Below are positions 10,484 to 20,000 of a stretch of 64,000 nucleotides of DNA, piece by piece. The stretch comes from Thermoproteota archaeon (GTDB taxonomy: Archaea; Thermoproteota; Thermoprotei; Gearchaeales; Gearchaeaceae). Each line of letters starts with the position of its first letter. The first letter of the stretch is position 1. A model generated the notes under the pieces. The model was not told the DNA's origin, did no database searches, and saw nothing but the letters and a program-made list of their open reading frames with translations. The stretch is taken from positions 64,811 to 128,810 of the forward strand of contig JAJPJK010000004.1 of assembly GCA_021324265.1 (NCBI GenBank), given 5' to 3'. The translations under genes and the position numbers were made by a program.

Positions 10484-10617
10484 TAAGAATGAAAAAGAAC
10501 CTTACATATAAAAAAGTGAAACGTGTATTAATTGTAGAATTTAAATAGAAATGAACCATTGAAGTTTAACCTGTAATCGATTTACAGACAAAAAGATGTA
10601 GTCTAACTAGAAAATGA

Positions 10618-11919
10618 CTATCTATGCAGATAATTTTTGATTTCCCATTCAGTTACACTGGATCCCATACCTTTGTTTAAGGAAAAGAATTCCTTCCATT
10701 CATTCATTAAAAGCTCCCTGTAGCTTTCAGCAATTTCTTTACCGAGGGCTCTATAACAGATATCATCGCTATCCCAATAGTTCAATGCCTCATAAAGTGA
10801 AGAGGGTAAAGTTTCATATTTCTCCTTTGCCTCATAGACATTCTCTTCAGTGAAACCTTTAGGTTGAATCTTCTTATTGACTCCATCCAGACCTGCTTCA
10901 ACTAAGCATGGGAACAAGAAATATGGATTTGCAGTTGGATCTGGCAAACGTACCTCGATTCTGGCATCACTCTCCTTCAAATCGGAATAGTGAGGAACTC
11001 TTATCATCGCAGATCTGTTTGCCCAACCCCAGCTTACGTATACGGGAGCCTCAAAGCCTGGCCTGAGGCGACGGTAGCTATTGACAGTAGGTGCTGCTAC
11101 AGCTGCGATAGCCTTGGCATGTTCCAGTATTCCACCTATGAAATACTGACAGAATTGAGATAGGCCTTCTTTCTCATCGTAAAATAGGTTTCTTCCATCT
11201 TTTGCTAGGCTTAGGTGAACGTGCATTCCGCTGCCTGTTCTGTTAACCCAAGGCTTGGGCATGAATGTTGCCTGCCATCCAAACTTCTCCGCAACTTTCT
11301 TAGCAAAGAACTTGTAGGTTAGTATATTATCTGCAGTTCTTAGCATGGAAGAATATCTGAAATTAATTTCGCACTGTGAAGGACCTACTTCATGATGCAT
11401 CCTCTCGACTTCGATTCCCGCAAGCATTAGTGTGTCGCAAAATTCCATTCTAAATGCTTCTGTTTTATCTCTACCAGGATATTGATCAAAATACTGATTA
11501 CCCGGTGCTTCCTCTATAGGCTCCAAATTCATTGGATCTATCAAATAGAACTCTGGCTCCGCAGAGATCTTTACTTCGTATCCAATTCTCTTTTCATAAG
11601 TGCTACAGACATTTCTAGGATCTCTTCCAAATGATTCCCCCTTATTAGTCAAGACATCGCAGAAAAACTTTCCAACTCTTTTATTGTAAAAGTACATTGG
11701 TAGAGGACTAAAGGAAGAAGGATCTGCTTTCATTACGAAATCACTCTTATCAATTGTGGAATAACCTATGATAGAAGACCCATCAAACCCCAAACCTTCG
11801 TTGAGTGCATTCCTGACAAACTTATTTGGTATTGTTCTTCCTCTTAGTATGCCCAAGAAATCTACAATCCAAAGCATATAATAATCGAACCCTTCCAACT
11901 TGGAAGTCTCTATCTGCAT
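10618..11919 (-). CDS. glnA: Glutamine synthetase, type I
   Basis: FDGSSI, EPEFY, HHEV..SQCEI, ATFMPKP..GSGMHVH, PGFEAP, NRSAMIRVP, RIEVRLPD. Confidence 0.9.
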   Translation of the reverse strand: MQIETSKLEGFDYYMLWIVDFLGILRGRTIPNKFVRNALNEGLGFDGSSIIGYSTIDKSDFVMKADPSSFSPLPMYFYNKRVGKFFCDVLTNKGESFGRDPRNVCSTYEKRIGYEVKISAEPEFYLIDPMNLEPIEEAPGNQYFDQYPGRDKTEAFRMEFCDTLMLAGIEVERMHHEVGPSQCEINFRYSSMLRTADNILTYKFFAKKVAEKFGWQATFMPKPWVNRTGSGMHVHLSLAKDGRNLFYDEKEGLSQFCQYFIGGILEHAKAIAAVAAPTVNSYRRLRPGFEAPVYVSWGWANRSAMIRVPHYSDLKESDARIEVRLPDPTANPYFLFPCLVEAGLDGVNKKIQPKGFTEENVYEAKEKYETLPSSLYEALNYWDSDDICYRALGKEIAESYRELLMNEWKEFFSLNKGMGSSVTEWEIKNYLHR

Positions 11920-11926
11920 TTGGTTT

Positions 11927-11983
11927 TAAGATATTTGTCTAGTATTTAAGTTATTCTCTGATCATATGATCAAAAATATCTTA
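11927..11983 (-). promoter_or_regulatory. glnA promoter with palindromic operator candidate
   Basis: Minus-strand TTAAATA at about 11943-11949; perfect palindrome TGATCATATGATCA at 11959-11972; 10-bp inverted repeat TAAGATATTT (11927-11936) / AAATATCTTA (11974-11983). Confidence 0.5.
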
Positions 11984-12049
11984 TACAAGAGACATTCAAA
12001 TAAAAAATAAACTTAATAACTGAAAATTTATTTAACCCAAATTCAGCTC

Positions 12050-12073
12050 AAAATCGTATAACTAAACGATTTT
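12050..12073 (-). terminator. Possible hairpin terminator
   Basis: AAAATCGT-N8-ACGATTTT immediately after the stop codon at 12074. Confidence 0.3.
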
Positions 12074-13552
12074 TCATTGCTTTATTTTGCGATTGTTCAA
12101 TCTCTCAATGTACTCTGTCTCAGGATATGACTTTAGTTTTCTATCCAAAACAACTATATTCAAAGGCAGCCAAGATTTATCTATTCTACCGACTCGCGAA
12201 TTATAATGAAGATAGTTCCAAACTTCGGATACATCAATATTCCTTCCCTTAAGTATCGCTACTGGCCTTTTTCCATAATTTTCATCATAGACTGCTGTAA
12301 AGCTAACTTCTGCATTATTAGCCACATCTCGAATAAGATTTTCCAAATAATATGTAGGTATGAAGTTCCTTCCTTCTTTCATAGCCTTATTTATTTTCCC
12401 TAAATAAACTATCCCTCCATCTTCTTTTTTAAGTCCAAGATCCCCGGTTCGATACCATCCATCAAAATAAAGGTTTTTTTCAGAACTGTAGAAAATCTTT
12501 GGGATCCATACAGATTTACATACAATTTCTCCCGGTTCATTAATGTTTGCTTCCTGAAAATCATCTTTTATGATTTTCATTTCTACGAAAGGAAGTGGAT
12601 ATACCTTGTTTGGTTCTCTTCCTTTTTCACTTTTCCCACGATTCATTGAAACTCCTAAGGCTAAAAGAAGTTCTGAACCGTAAATATAAATATAGTTTAC
12701 TCCAGCGCTTCTCAAATCAGCATCTAAACGAGGAGAAATCAAACCGCCTCCAATTAGTGCCTTTAGATTCCCAAGATTCGATCTTTCTCTAACCAACGAT
12801 TGCATCATTTTAGGGACTGCTAAAATAAACGTAATACCCTCATTTTCGATGAGCCTAAAGATATAGTCAGGACTGAAGGTGTCAACTAATACGAGTTTAG
12901 CACCTATTAATGGGGCAAAGAAAATCGACCCCCATGAGAAAACATTATTGATATTTATAAGACTTAAAATAGCGTCGGTATGATTCATTAGCATTGAAGG
13001 ATTTGCAATAGAGAGTTGAGAAATCATCGATAGCGTTAAGCTAGGGAAATGATATTGGGAGTAAAGAATTCCCCTTAAATTTTCTTCATCATCATTAAAG
13101 AAAAGCGCGAAATCTGATTTTATATCTGGTGCGGCAAATATAGGCTCATTACTTCTTACCCACTCTGTGTAATTCTCAAGACTAAAATAATTTACATTCA
13201 GCATTTCCATTAGACTTTCGAAAGGCCTACTACAGAAAACTGCCTTTGGTTTTGCTATGTCAAAGGTCCTTTTAATAAATGAATAAGATGTTCTGAAGTT
13301 AACAGGATAGACAATGGCATTCACTAAGCTTGCAGCATAAATGAGAGAAACATACCTTAAAGTGTTAAAATCGAAAACCGCTATTACATCACCGTCTCCT
13401 ATACCTTCTCTTCGCAAAAAGCTTGCGATCCTTAAAGAATCTTCATATAATTTCTTATAAGTAGTACGACCGTCAGAAGCCAAGATTTCTTGATTGGGAA
13501 AAATTGAAACTGCACGTTTTAAAGCGTGAATAATGCCAAATGTATGCGGCAT
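12074..13552 (-). CDS. AMP-binding (acyl-CoA synthetase) superfamily protein with degenerate catalytic motifs
   Basis: Overall ANL layout (YPVNFR, GEIVCKS.W, GWYRTGDLG, YGKRPVA), but the P-loop reads FFNDDEENLRG. Confidence 0.8.
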   Translation of the reverse strand: MPHTFGIIHALKRAVSIFPNQEILASDGRTTYKKLYEDSLRIASFLRREGIGDGDVIAVFDFNTLRYVSLIYAASLVNAIVYPVNFRTSYSFIKRTFDIAKPKAVFCSRPFESLMEMLNVNYFSLENYTEWVRSNEPIFAAPDIKSDFALFFNDDEENLRGILYSQYHFPSLTLSMISQLSIANPSMLMNHTDAILSLININNVFSWGSIFFAPLIGAKLVLVDTFSPDYIFRLIENEGITFILAVPKMMQSLVRERSNLGNLKALIGGGLISPRLDADLRSAGVNYIYIYGSELLLALGVSMNRGKSEKGREPNKVYPLPFVEMKIIKDDFQEANINEPGEIVCKSVWIPKIFYSSEKNLYFDGWYRTGDLGLKKEDGGIVYLGKINKAMKEGRNFIPTYYLENLIRDVANNAEVSFTAVYDENYGKRPVAILKGRNIDVSEVWNYLHYNSRVGRIDKSWLPLNIVVLDRKLKSYPETEYIERLNNRKIKQ

Positions 13553-13718
13553 ACCCTTAGGTATAAATCAATGCATACTAATAAATTTTTCACCATACTT
13601 AAAGTTCAAGAATAAGAGAAAACATTTTCAGAAGATTATTTATCCAATATAAGTGGTTCTTTAATTTTTTTCTAAATTGGCTTTTTAACCGTTTATTAGA
13701 TCGGATTAAGTAATTCCT

Positions 13719-14465
13719 TTGATGGAATCTATAAGGATTGAGATAATGGGGAATAAGTTATACTTTCTCTTCAACAGAAAAGAAAAGAACAATGCATTTT
13801 CAAAAGAGATGTTGAATGAGATTAATAAAAGTCTAGAAGAAGTAACTAAAAACGAAGAAATCAAATATGTCATCTTCAGAGGAGAAAATGGATGCTTCGG
13901 CGCAGGAGCTGATTTAAGAGAAGTACAGGAGCTCACTAATAATTCGCTTAAAGCAAGAGAGTTTGCCTATGCACTGAACTCCTTCTTTAGAAAAGTAGCG
14001 GAGATGAACAAAATAACTATAGCATTAGTCGAGGGATTTGCAATAGGTGCGCATTTAGAGCTGCTAATGTTTACTGATATAAACATCGCACAGACAAATA
14101 CTTATTTCAGTACAGGAGGCGTAAGGATGGGTCTAATGCCGGCCGAATTATCTGCAATATACCTACTTTTTTTCGGTAAAAAGTTTTGGAGGTACATAAT
14201 CACAGCTGAAAGATTCAATGCAGAAGTTGCTAAAGAATTGGGTATCATAGATTTCGTAGCTGATAATCCTATGGACAAGCTCAAAGAGGTCATTGAATCT
14301 TTGGATGCTTGTGACTTCCTCGCCATTCAAAAGGCAAAGAAGCTTATGCAAGATTTTCTAAGATTGTATGAAAAAAATTTTGATAAAGCAAAAGATGAAT
14401 TCGCAGATCTTATTATTTATGGAAAAGCTAAAGAAAGAATCAAAAGCTTCTTTGAAAAAAGATAG
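13719..14465 (+). CDS. Enoyl-CoA hydratase/isomerase (crotonase) family protein
   Basis: NRKEKNNA, FGAGADL, GFAIGAHLEL, AERFNAEVAKELGII. Confidence 0.88.
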   Translation: MMESIRIEIMGNKLYFLFNRKEKNNAFSKEMLNEINKSLEEVTKNEEIKYVIFRGENGCFGAGADLREVQELTNNSLKAREFAYALNSFFRKVAEMNKITIALVEGFAIGAHLELLMFTDINIAQTNTYFSTGGVRMGLMPAELSAIYLLFFGKKFWRYIITAERFNAEVAKELGIIDFVADNPMDKLKEVIESLDACDFLAIQKAKKLMQDFLRLYEKNFDKAKDEFADLIIYGKAKERIKSFFEKR

Positions 14466-14495
14466 CTTAAAATATGAATAATATAAATTGGGTTA

Positions 14496-14690
14496 ATGAG
14501 CCAAGGATCTATTACAGCTTCAATTGCAGAAAGGCTTAAGGCTATAGTAGAAAAATCGAGAAGAGGAGAAAGTATAACTGATTCTGACATCATAATTCTC
14601 TACCTCGATTTCATTACTGTAGAAATAAAGGAGCTAAAAGAAAAAGTCGATAGTCTTGAAAAAGAATTGCAAAAAATAAAACAAAATTAA
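14496..14690 (+). CDS. Small coiled-coil protein, resembles crenarchaeal paREP15-type proteins
   Basis: KSRRGESITDSDIIILYLD followed by heptad repeats; own TATA-like element upstream. Confidence 0.55.
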   Translation: MSQGSITASIAERLKAIVEKSRRGESITDSDIIILYLDFITVEIKELKEKVDSLEKELQKIKQN

Positions 14691-15865
14691 GAGACAGCTT
14701 CTAATGCTTGAGAAAAGTCTTTTTCAATATCCTCATAGTCTTCAATTCCAACAGATACCCTTATAAGACCTTCATTTATATTCATTCGCATTCTCTCTTC
14801 AATACTTAGTTGTCTATGACTTGTTTCAAGCGGTAAAGTAACGAGAGTTTCTACGCCTCCAAGACTCGGAGCCACTATGCATAACTTCAAGGCCCTTATG
14901 AACTTTTTAGCAGCTTCATATCCGCCTTTTAGTTCAAAGGAAAGCATAGCACCAAAGCCATTCAATACTTTCTTAGCTAGATCATGATATTCATTGTTCT
15001 CGAGACCAGGATAATTAACCTTCGAAACCTTCTCATTTTGGCTTAGAAACTTAGCCAATTTCATAGCATTACTTTGTTGCCTTTCCATCCTTAATGCTAG
15101 TGTTTTTATACCCCTAAGTGCAAGATATACGCTAAAGGGCTCAGGAATACAGCCCAGCGTACTTCTATATTCGACCACTTTTTCATAAATGCTTTTTGAA
15201 TTCGTCGCAAAAAGCCCCATTATCAAGTCGCTATGACCTCCGATGTATTTCGTTGCGCTATGAAGCACTACGCTCGCACCAAAATCTAATGGCCTTTGAA
15301 GATATGGCGATGCAAAAGTAGCATCTACAAATAAGTCGATACCTTTTTCAATGCAGTATTCTGCAACAGTTTTGATATCGCATACTTGCATTGTAGGGTT
15401 AGTTATAGATTCAACATAGAAAACCTTGTATTCCTTTGCTGGAATTTCAAGAGCATTGAGAGAGTCAACAGAAACGAAATCTACTTGTATCCCTAAATTA
15501 GTCGAAACTTCCTTAAAGAATTCATATGTTTGACCATATAATTGATTTAGCGCCAAAATCCTTTCTCCTTGCTTAACAGCACTCATTATACTAGTTGTTA
15601 TTGCAGCCATTCCGGAAGAAAATGAAAGAGCATAGGATGCATTCTCAAGCGCAGCATATTTCTGCTCAAAAGATGTAAAGGTCGGATTTCCCAAGCGTGT
15701 ATATAAATATGGCTTATTCCTAGTTGGATCTATATATTTTTCTTGGCTTTCATTGGGCGAAAGATACGTTGAGCTTAGAAATATAGGCGTTATTACATTT
15801 CCAAACCTCTTATCGATGAGCTCCCCTGCATGGACAGCTTTCGTGCTGAATCCCTTTATAACCAT
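14687..15865 (-). CDS. Cys/Met metabolism PLP enzyme (cystathionine gamma-synthase/lyase or methionine gamma-lyase)
   Basis: YTRLGNPT, FSSGMAAI, ESITNP, VDATFASP, HSATKYIGGHSD, SLGGVET; GGTGA RBS supports the start at 15865 (track start 15892). Confidence 0.9.
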   Translation of the reverse strand: MVIKGFSTKAVHAGELIDKRFGNVITPIFLSSTYLSPNESQEKYIDPTRNKPYLYTRLGNPTFTSFEQKYAALENASYALSFSSGMAAITTSIMSAVKQGERILALNQLYGQTYEFFKEVSTNLGIQVDFVSVDSLNALEIPAKEYKVFYVESITNPTMQVCDIKTVAEYCIEKGIDLFVDATFASPYLQRPLDFGASVVLHSATKYIGGHSDLIMGLFATNSKSIYEKVVEYRSTLGCIPEPFSVYLALRGIKTLALRMERQQSNAMKLAKFLSQNEKVSKVNYPGLENNEYHDLAKKVLNGFGAMLSFELKGGYEAAKKFIRALKLCIVAPSLGGVETLVTLPLETSHRQLSIEERMRMNINEGLIRVSVGIEDYEDIEKDFSQALEAVS

Positions 15866-15869
15866 ACGA

Positions 15870-17092
15870 TTATTCACCATCCCTTTTTTCATAATTCCTA
15901 TAATATTCAGCGAATCTCATTATTCCTTCTTCTATTTCCTGAATAGAAGGTCTGCTGAAATTAAGCCTAATCCTGTTCTCGCCACCTTGAACATGGAACT
16001 TCTTCGCTGGTATTGTAGCTACTGCTTTATTCTCCAATAAATCATTGGAAAATTTCTCTCCATCAATGTTTGGAAGTTCTAGCATTATGAACATACCTCC
16101 TTTTGGCTCAATAAAACGAGCTTCAGAAATCCTATCTTTTAGAAGCCCGAGCATAACACGTAGCTTCTCTTGATATACTCTTTTGGCTTTCTCTATGCTT
16201 CTTTCATAAATTCTCCTTTTTAGGAATTCAATAGCCAAATACTGCGATATTGTAGGTGGACAAAATTCGATTTGTTGTTTCTCAGCTATAATGAGCTTTC
16301 TTAAATCGTTGGAGCAGCAAGCCAACCTATTCTAAATCCTGTACCCATGATCTTGCTCAAAGTACCAGTAGCAATGACCCTGCCCTCTTTATCCATGGAT
16401 TTAAGTGTAGGTAACGTATGTTCACCGAAATATAGATAGTTATATGCTGTATCTTCCAAAATCAATAGGTCATATTTTGTAGCTATTTCTAAGAGATTTT
16501 TCCTTCTCTCAAGGCTCATCGTAACACCTGCTGGATTCTGACAAGTAGGTATGGTGTAAATGAATTTAACACGATTAAGCTTTTCTCCAAGATTTTTTAG
16601 CGTTTTCTCAAGCTCCTCCACATTCATACCATTTTCATCGATATTCACTCCAATGAGATCAGCTCCTAACTGTCTAAACGCTAGGAGGGTATTGATGTAA
16701 GAGGGATTTTCCAAGATTACTATGTCTCCTGAATCCACTAATATCCTTGCGAGAAGATCTATTGCCACAGTTGAACCTCCTGTAAGAATTAGCTCATCGC
16801 TACTTACGGTAAAATCATATCTCGAAATGAACTTGGAAAGCTCCTCCCTCAGCTCTTCGAGACCAATGGATGGTGTATAGAGAACCGATGAAGGTATATC
16901 GTGCAGAATTTCCTGAGAAATCTTCGAAAGCTCCTCCCTGGGCAAAACATTAGGATCAGGATCACCTGCGGCAAAGGAAATAACTTTTATACCCTTCTTT
17001 GCAATTTCATTAATTTTAGAAATTATGCTTGAAAGCGGAGAAGGTTGAATAAGCGATGCCCTTTCACTTAAGAACCTACTGTATCCTGGCAT
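15870..17092 (-). pseudogene. PLP-dependent class I/II aminotransferase (ARO8/LysN-like), frameshifted; likely sequencing error
   Basis: ORF 16301-17092 (YTIPTCQNPAG, EDTAY, GTLSKIMGTGFRIGW) continues in ORF 15870-16325 (PKGGMF, RLNFS); one extra base at 16309-16310 fuses them. Confidence 0.85.
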
Positions 17093-17292
17093 AGACTCTT
17101 ATATCCTGGTTACAAATAAAGCATAACTTTCTTTGACTGTGAACTCGTATTGTTTATTTGTTTTTGGAATTTAAACGATTGGAAATTTTATGGAATAACT
17201 CATTCCAATATTTAGAGGTTACACAGTAAACATGGGCATTTCGAGCATACTTGAAGTTCGCAAAATCAACATTGATTCCAACATAACTAAAA

Positions 17293-18972
17293 TCAATGCA
17301 ACTTTCTTTCGAGAAAACTTAATATAAGCTCGTACATCTCTATCCTATTATTCTCCTTTCTTATGCTGTGTCCTTCATCCGTAAAGATTTTGAGCTCGAA
17401 ATCCTTTCCTAAATTTTTGAGTCTTTCTTCCATCTGTTGAACTTCCTCAAGGGGGCATCTAGGATCATTTGCGCTTTGAATCAAAAGTATCGGAGCTCTT
17501 AAGTTTTCTAAAAAGAATATCGGAGATCTATCGTAAAATAATGACTTATCCATCTTCATAGAATCATAGCTTTTCAAGTAATCCGCTTCCTTCTCAAATT
17601 CAGTGTACCAGTTATAGAAGCCGACGATCGCCACTCCTGCGTCCCAAATCTCAGGCTCCTTGACCAAACAAAGAGCAGTTAAATAGCCGCCATAGGAAGC
17701 ACCTAAAGCAACTATTTTCTTTGCGCCCAAGCGCTGAACATATCTTGCAGCATAAATAACATCACGCATATCTCCACCTCCTAAGTCCTTATCATTAAGA
17801 TGGAGAAATGATTTCCCAAAACCTGTGCTTCCTCTATAATTTGGCATTATTACCAAGTAATTTTTCAAGGCCAAGAGCTGCGATATAGGATTCCATGCGT
17901 CCATTGCATGGGCATCAGGACCTCCATGAATGTTTACTACAGCGATCCCATTCCATATTCTGGGTACATAGAGAATTGCATGAATCTTTCTTCCATCGAA
18001 GCTCTCATAATATGTACTCTCAGCATTAATGAGCTCGCCTTTCAGGCATTCCGGTGTGTTATCTATTAGCTCTAATTCACCAAGAAATAGGCTATTGGGC
18101 TTATAAGAAGTGTTTTTCACATAAACGAGTTGCTTGCCCATTATTTCATACTCGCTAACTCCCTCAGCAACGCTGCTTAAGCCTGAACAAAGGCGTTTCA
18201 ATATATTTTTTCCATCTTCAAACTCAATGAATGTTATCGAATTGCCAGCATATTTTGGTAAAAATTTCTCATGTTTGCTCTTATATATCCATCTCCAGCT
18301 CCTTTTGTCCACGTCATACTCTCCAACGTCGAAATATTCATCCGAATTGGAAGTGAAGAGAAATTTTCTCCTTCCTATATCAACTCCCCCCAGAAAGGTT
18401 TCCGATTTTTCAAACTTGAGCAATATAACGTCTGTATAGTTATTCAGGTTGAAAAGCCTGATCTCAGTATCGTATATACCCTTTACATAGAGTATTTCAT
18501 CATTGCTAAGCCAGTCAAAGCTGAATATTGGATCGCTCCAGCCTGTGAGTTCTTTTATTACTCCATTTTCAAATAAGTAGAGTTGCGAAGGTTTCCCTTC
18601 TTTATTAGATAACATGGCAATTTTCTCGTCATTCAAGCTAAACTTTGGAGAATTGTAATAATGTGAAGAATCATTCGTGAGATTTTTCTCTTCATTCGTG
18701 GAAAGGTCGCGAAGAATTACTTGATAGTTCTCGTCACCTTCATGATCCATAAGATAAAGGATGGATTTCCCGTTATGAGAAAGGAAAGGTTCCAAATAAG
18801 AATCTTTTCCAGTGGTTATCCTAGATAGTAATTTACTAGATAAACTATAGATATATACATCCCATTTGCCTTCCTTATTCCAGTTGAAGGCTATGCAATT
18901 ATTTTTCTCGTTAATATTAACATTTAAGACGGCTCTAGTTTTTGCAATGACCTCATGGATTTCATCTTGCAT
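17293..18972 (-). CDS. S9 family peptidase (acylaminoacyl-peptidase/prolyl oligopeptidase)
   Basis: Propeller-like N-terminus; HGGP, PNYRGSTGFG, GASYGG, NDPRC, DEGH. Confidence 0.92.
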   Translation of the reverse strand: MQDEIHEVIAKTRAVLNVNINEKNNCIAFNWNKEGKWDVYIYSLSSKLLSRITTGKDSYLEPFLSHNGKSILYLMDHEGDENYQVILRDLSTNEEKNLTNDSSHYYNSPKFSLNDEKIAMLSNKEGKPSQLYLFENGVIKELTGWSDPIFSFDWLSNDEILYVKGIYDTEIRLFNLNNYTDVILLKFEKSETFLGGVDIGRRKFLFTSNSDEYFDVGEYDVDKRSWRWIYKSKHEKFLPKYAGNSITFIEFEDGKNILKRLCSGLSSVAEGVSEYEIMGKQLVYVKNTSYKPNSLFLGELELIDNTPECLKGELINAESTYYESFDGRKIHAILYVPRIWNGIAVVNIHGGPDAHAMDAWNPISQLLALKNYLVIMPNYRGSTGFGKSFLHLNDKDLGGGDMRDVIYAARYVQRLGAKKIVALGASYGGYLTALCLVKEPEIWDAGVAIVGFYNWYTEFEKEADYLKSYDSMKMDKSLFYDRSPIFFLENLRAPILLIQSANDPRCPLEEVQQMEERLKNLGKDFELKIFTDEGHSIRKENNRIEMYELILSFLERKLH

Positions 18973-19027
18973 ATCCTAATAGTATAAGCTATGCTTAAAT
19001 TGAAATCTTACAACTCCATTACACCTT

Positions 19028-19852
19028 ATGACATTTTCAATAGTAATTTATGACCCAGATGAAAAAGCCTGGGGCGTAGGCGTTGCTAGCAAATTTCTAG
19101 CAGTGGGAGCATTCGTGCCATGGGTGAAGGCTGGTATTGGCGCAATAGCCACACAATCTCTGGCAAATCTAGAGTATGGAACGAAAGGATTAGAGCTACT
19201 CGAGAAATATAATGCAGAAGAATGCTTGAGGAAACTCATATCTGGAGACCCACTTAGAGAGAAAAGGCAAGTAGGACTTGTCGATTCCAAAGGAAATAGT
19301 GCCGCATTTACTGGCAAAGAATGCTACCCTTATGCAGGCCATATTACAGGGGAACACTACTCTGTTCAAGGAAACATACTCGCAGGTCAAGAAGTACTCG
19401 AGGCCATGGCTAAGGAAGCTGAGAGAAAGGGAAGTATATACGAAAAAATAATTCGTGCATTGAAGGCAGGTGAAGCAAAAGGTGGAGATAGAAGAGGAAA
19501 GCAAAGCGCTGCAATGCTAATAGCGAAGATTCCGAGAAAAAGTGAAGCTGAGTTCGATCCTTTAACAGTTGGTAAGTTTGTAGACATTCGCATCGATGAC
19601 CACACTGAGCCAGTTAAGGAACTTGAAAGAATTTTGGAAATATGGATCGCTACTTTCTTAGAAGAAGAAATGGTAGAAGTAAGAGCATACGAAAAGGAAA
19701 TAGCTTTAGCATTGAGGAAGCTAGGATATGAGAATTTGACCGCGTGGATAGAATTAAATAATTTCGAAAGTAAATATACAGGCGAAAAAATTGGTAAAAG
19801 CGTACTTAATATTTTATTAAAACAAGCACAAATCACAAAAATTAATCAATAA
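19028..19852 (+). CDS. DUF1028 family protein (Ntn-hydrolase-like)
   Basis: MTFSIV N-terminus, GVGVASKFLAVG, GAIATQ, QGNILAG, GGDRRGKQSAA, RIDDH. Confidence 0.9.
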   Translation: MTFSIVIYDPDEKAWGVGVASKFLAVGAFVPWVKAGIGAIATQSLANLEYGTKGLELLEKYNAEECLRKLISGDPLREKRQVGLVDSKGNSAAFTGKECYPYAGHITGEHYSVQGNILAGQEVLEAMAKEAERKGSIYEKIIRALKAGEAKGGDRRGKQSAAMLIAKIPRKSEAEFDPLTVGKFVDIRIDDHTEPVKELERILEIWIATFLEEEMVEVRAYEKEIALALRKLGYENLTAWIELNNFESKYTGEKIGKSVLNILLKQAQITKINQ

Positions 19853-20000
19853 ACTTATTATAATTGAGTATTACTAGATTCAAATACTAAAGTTTCCTCT
19901 TAAGAAATAACTTAGCTCTTAAGGAATTTATCATAATATTTAATAAGTCCATAATCATGTGATAGATAAAATAATATATTGCTTAATTTACTAGATTGAT

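Noticed and set aside
10571-10587. GlnR/TnrA box near glnA
   Set aside because: Spacer is 5 rather than 7 nt, and the site is downstream of glnA
17153-17320. Stop-free minus-strand frame of about 55 codons (…SYVGINVDFANFKYARNAH…)
   Set aside because: No start codon in frame and no recognisable homology
19853-20000. Cobalamin riboswitch before the BtuF-like gene
   Set aside because: The region is very AT-rich and has no B12-box or conserved core
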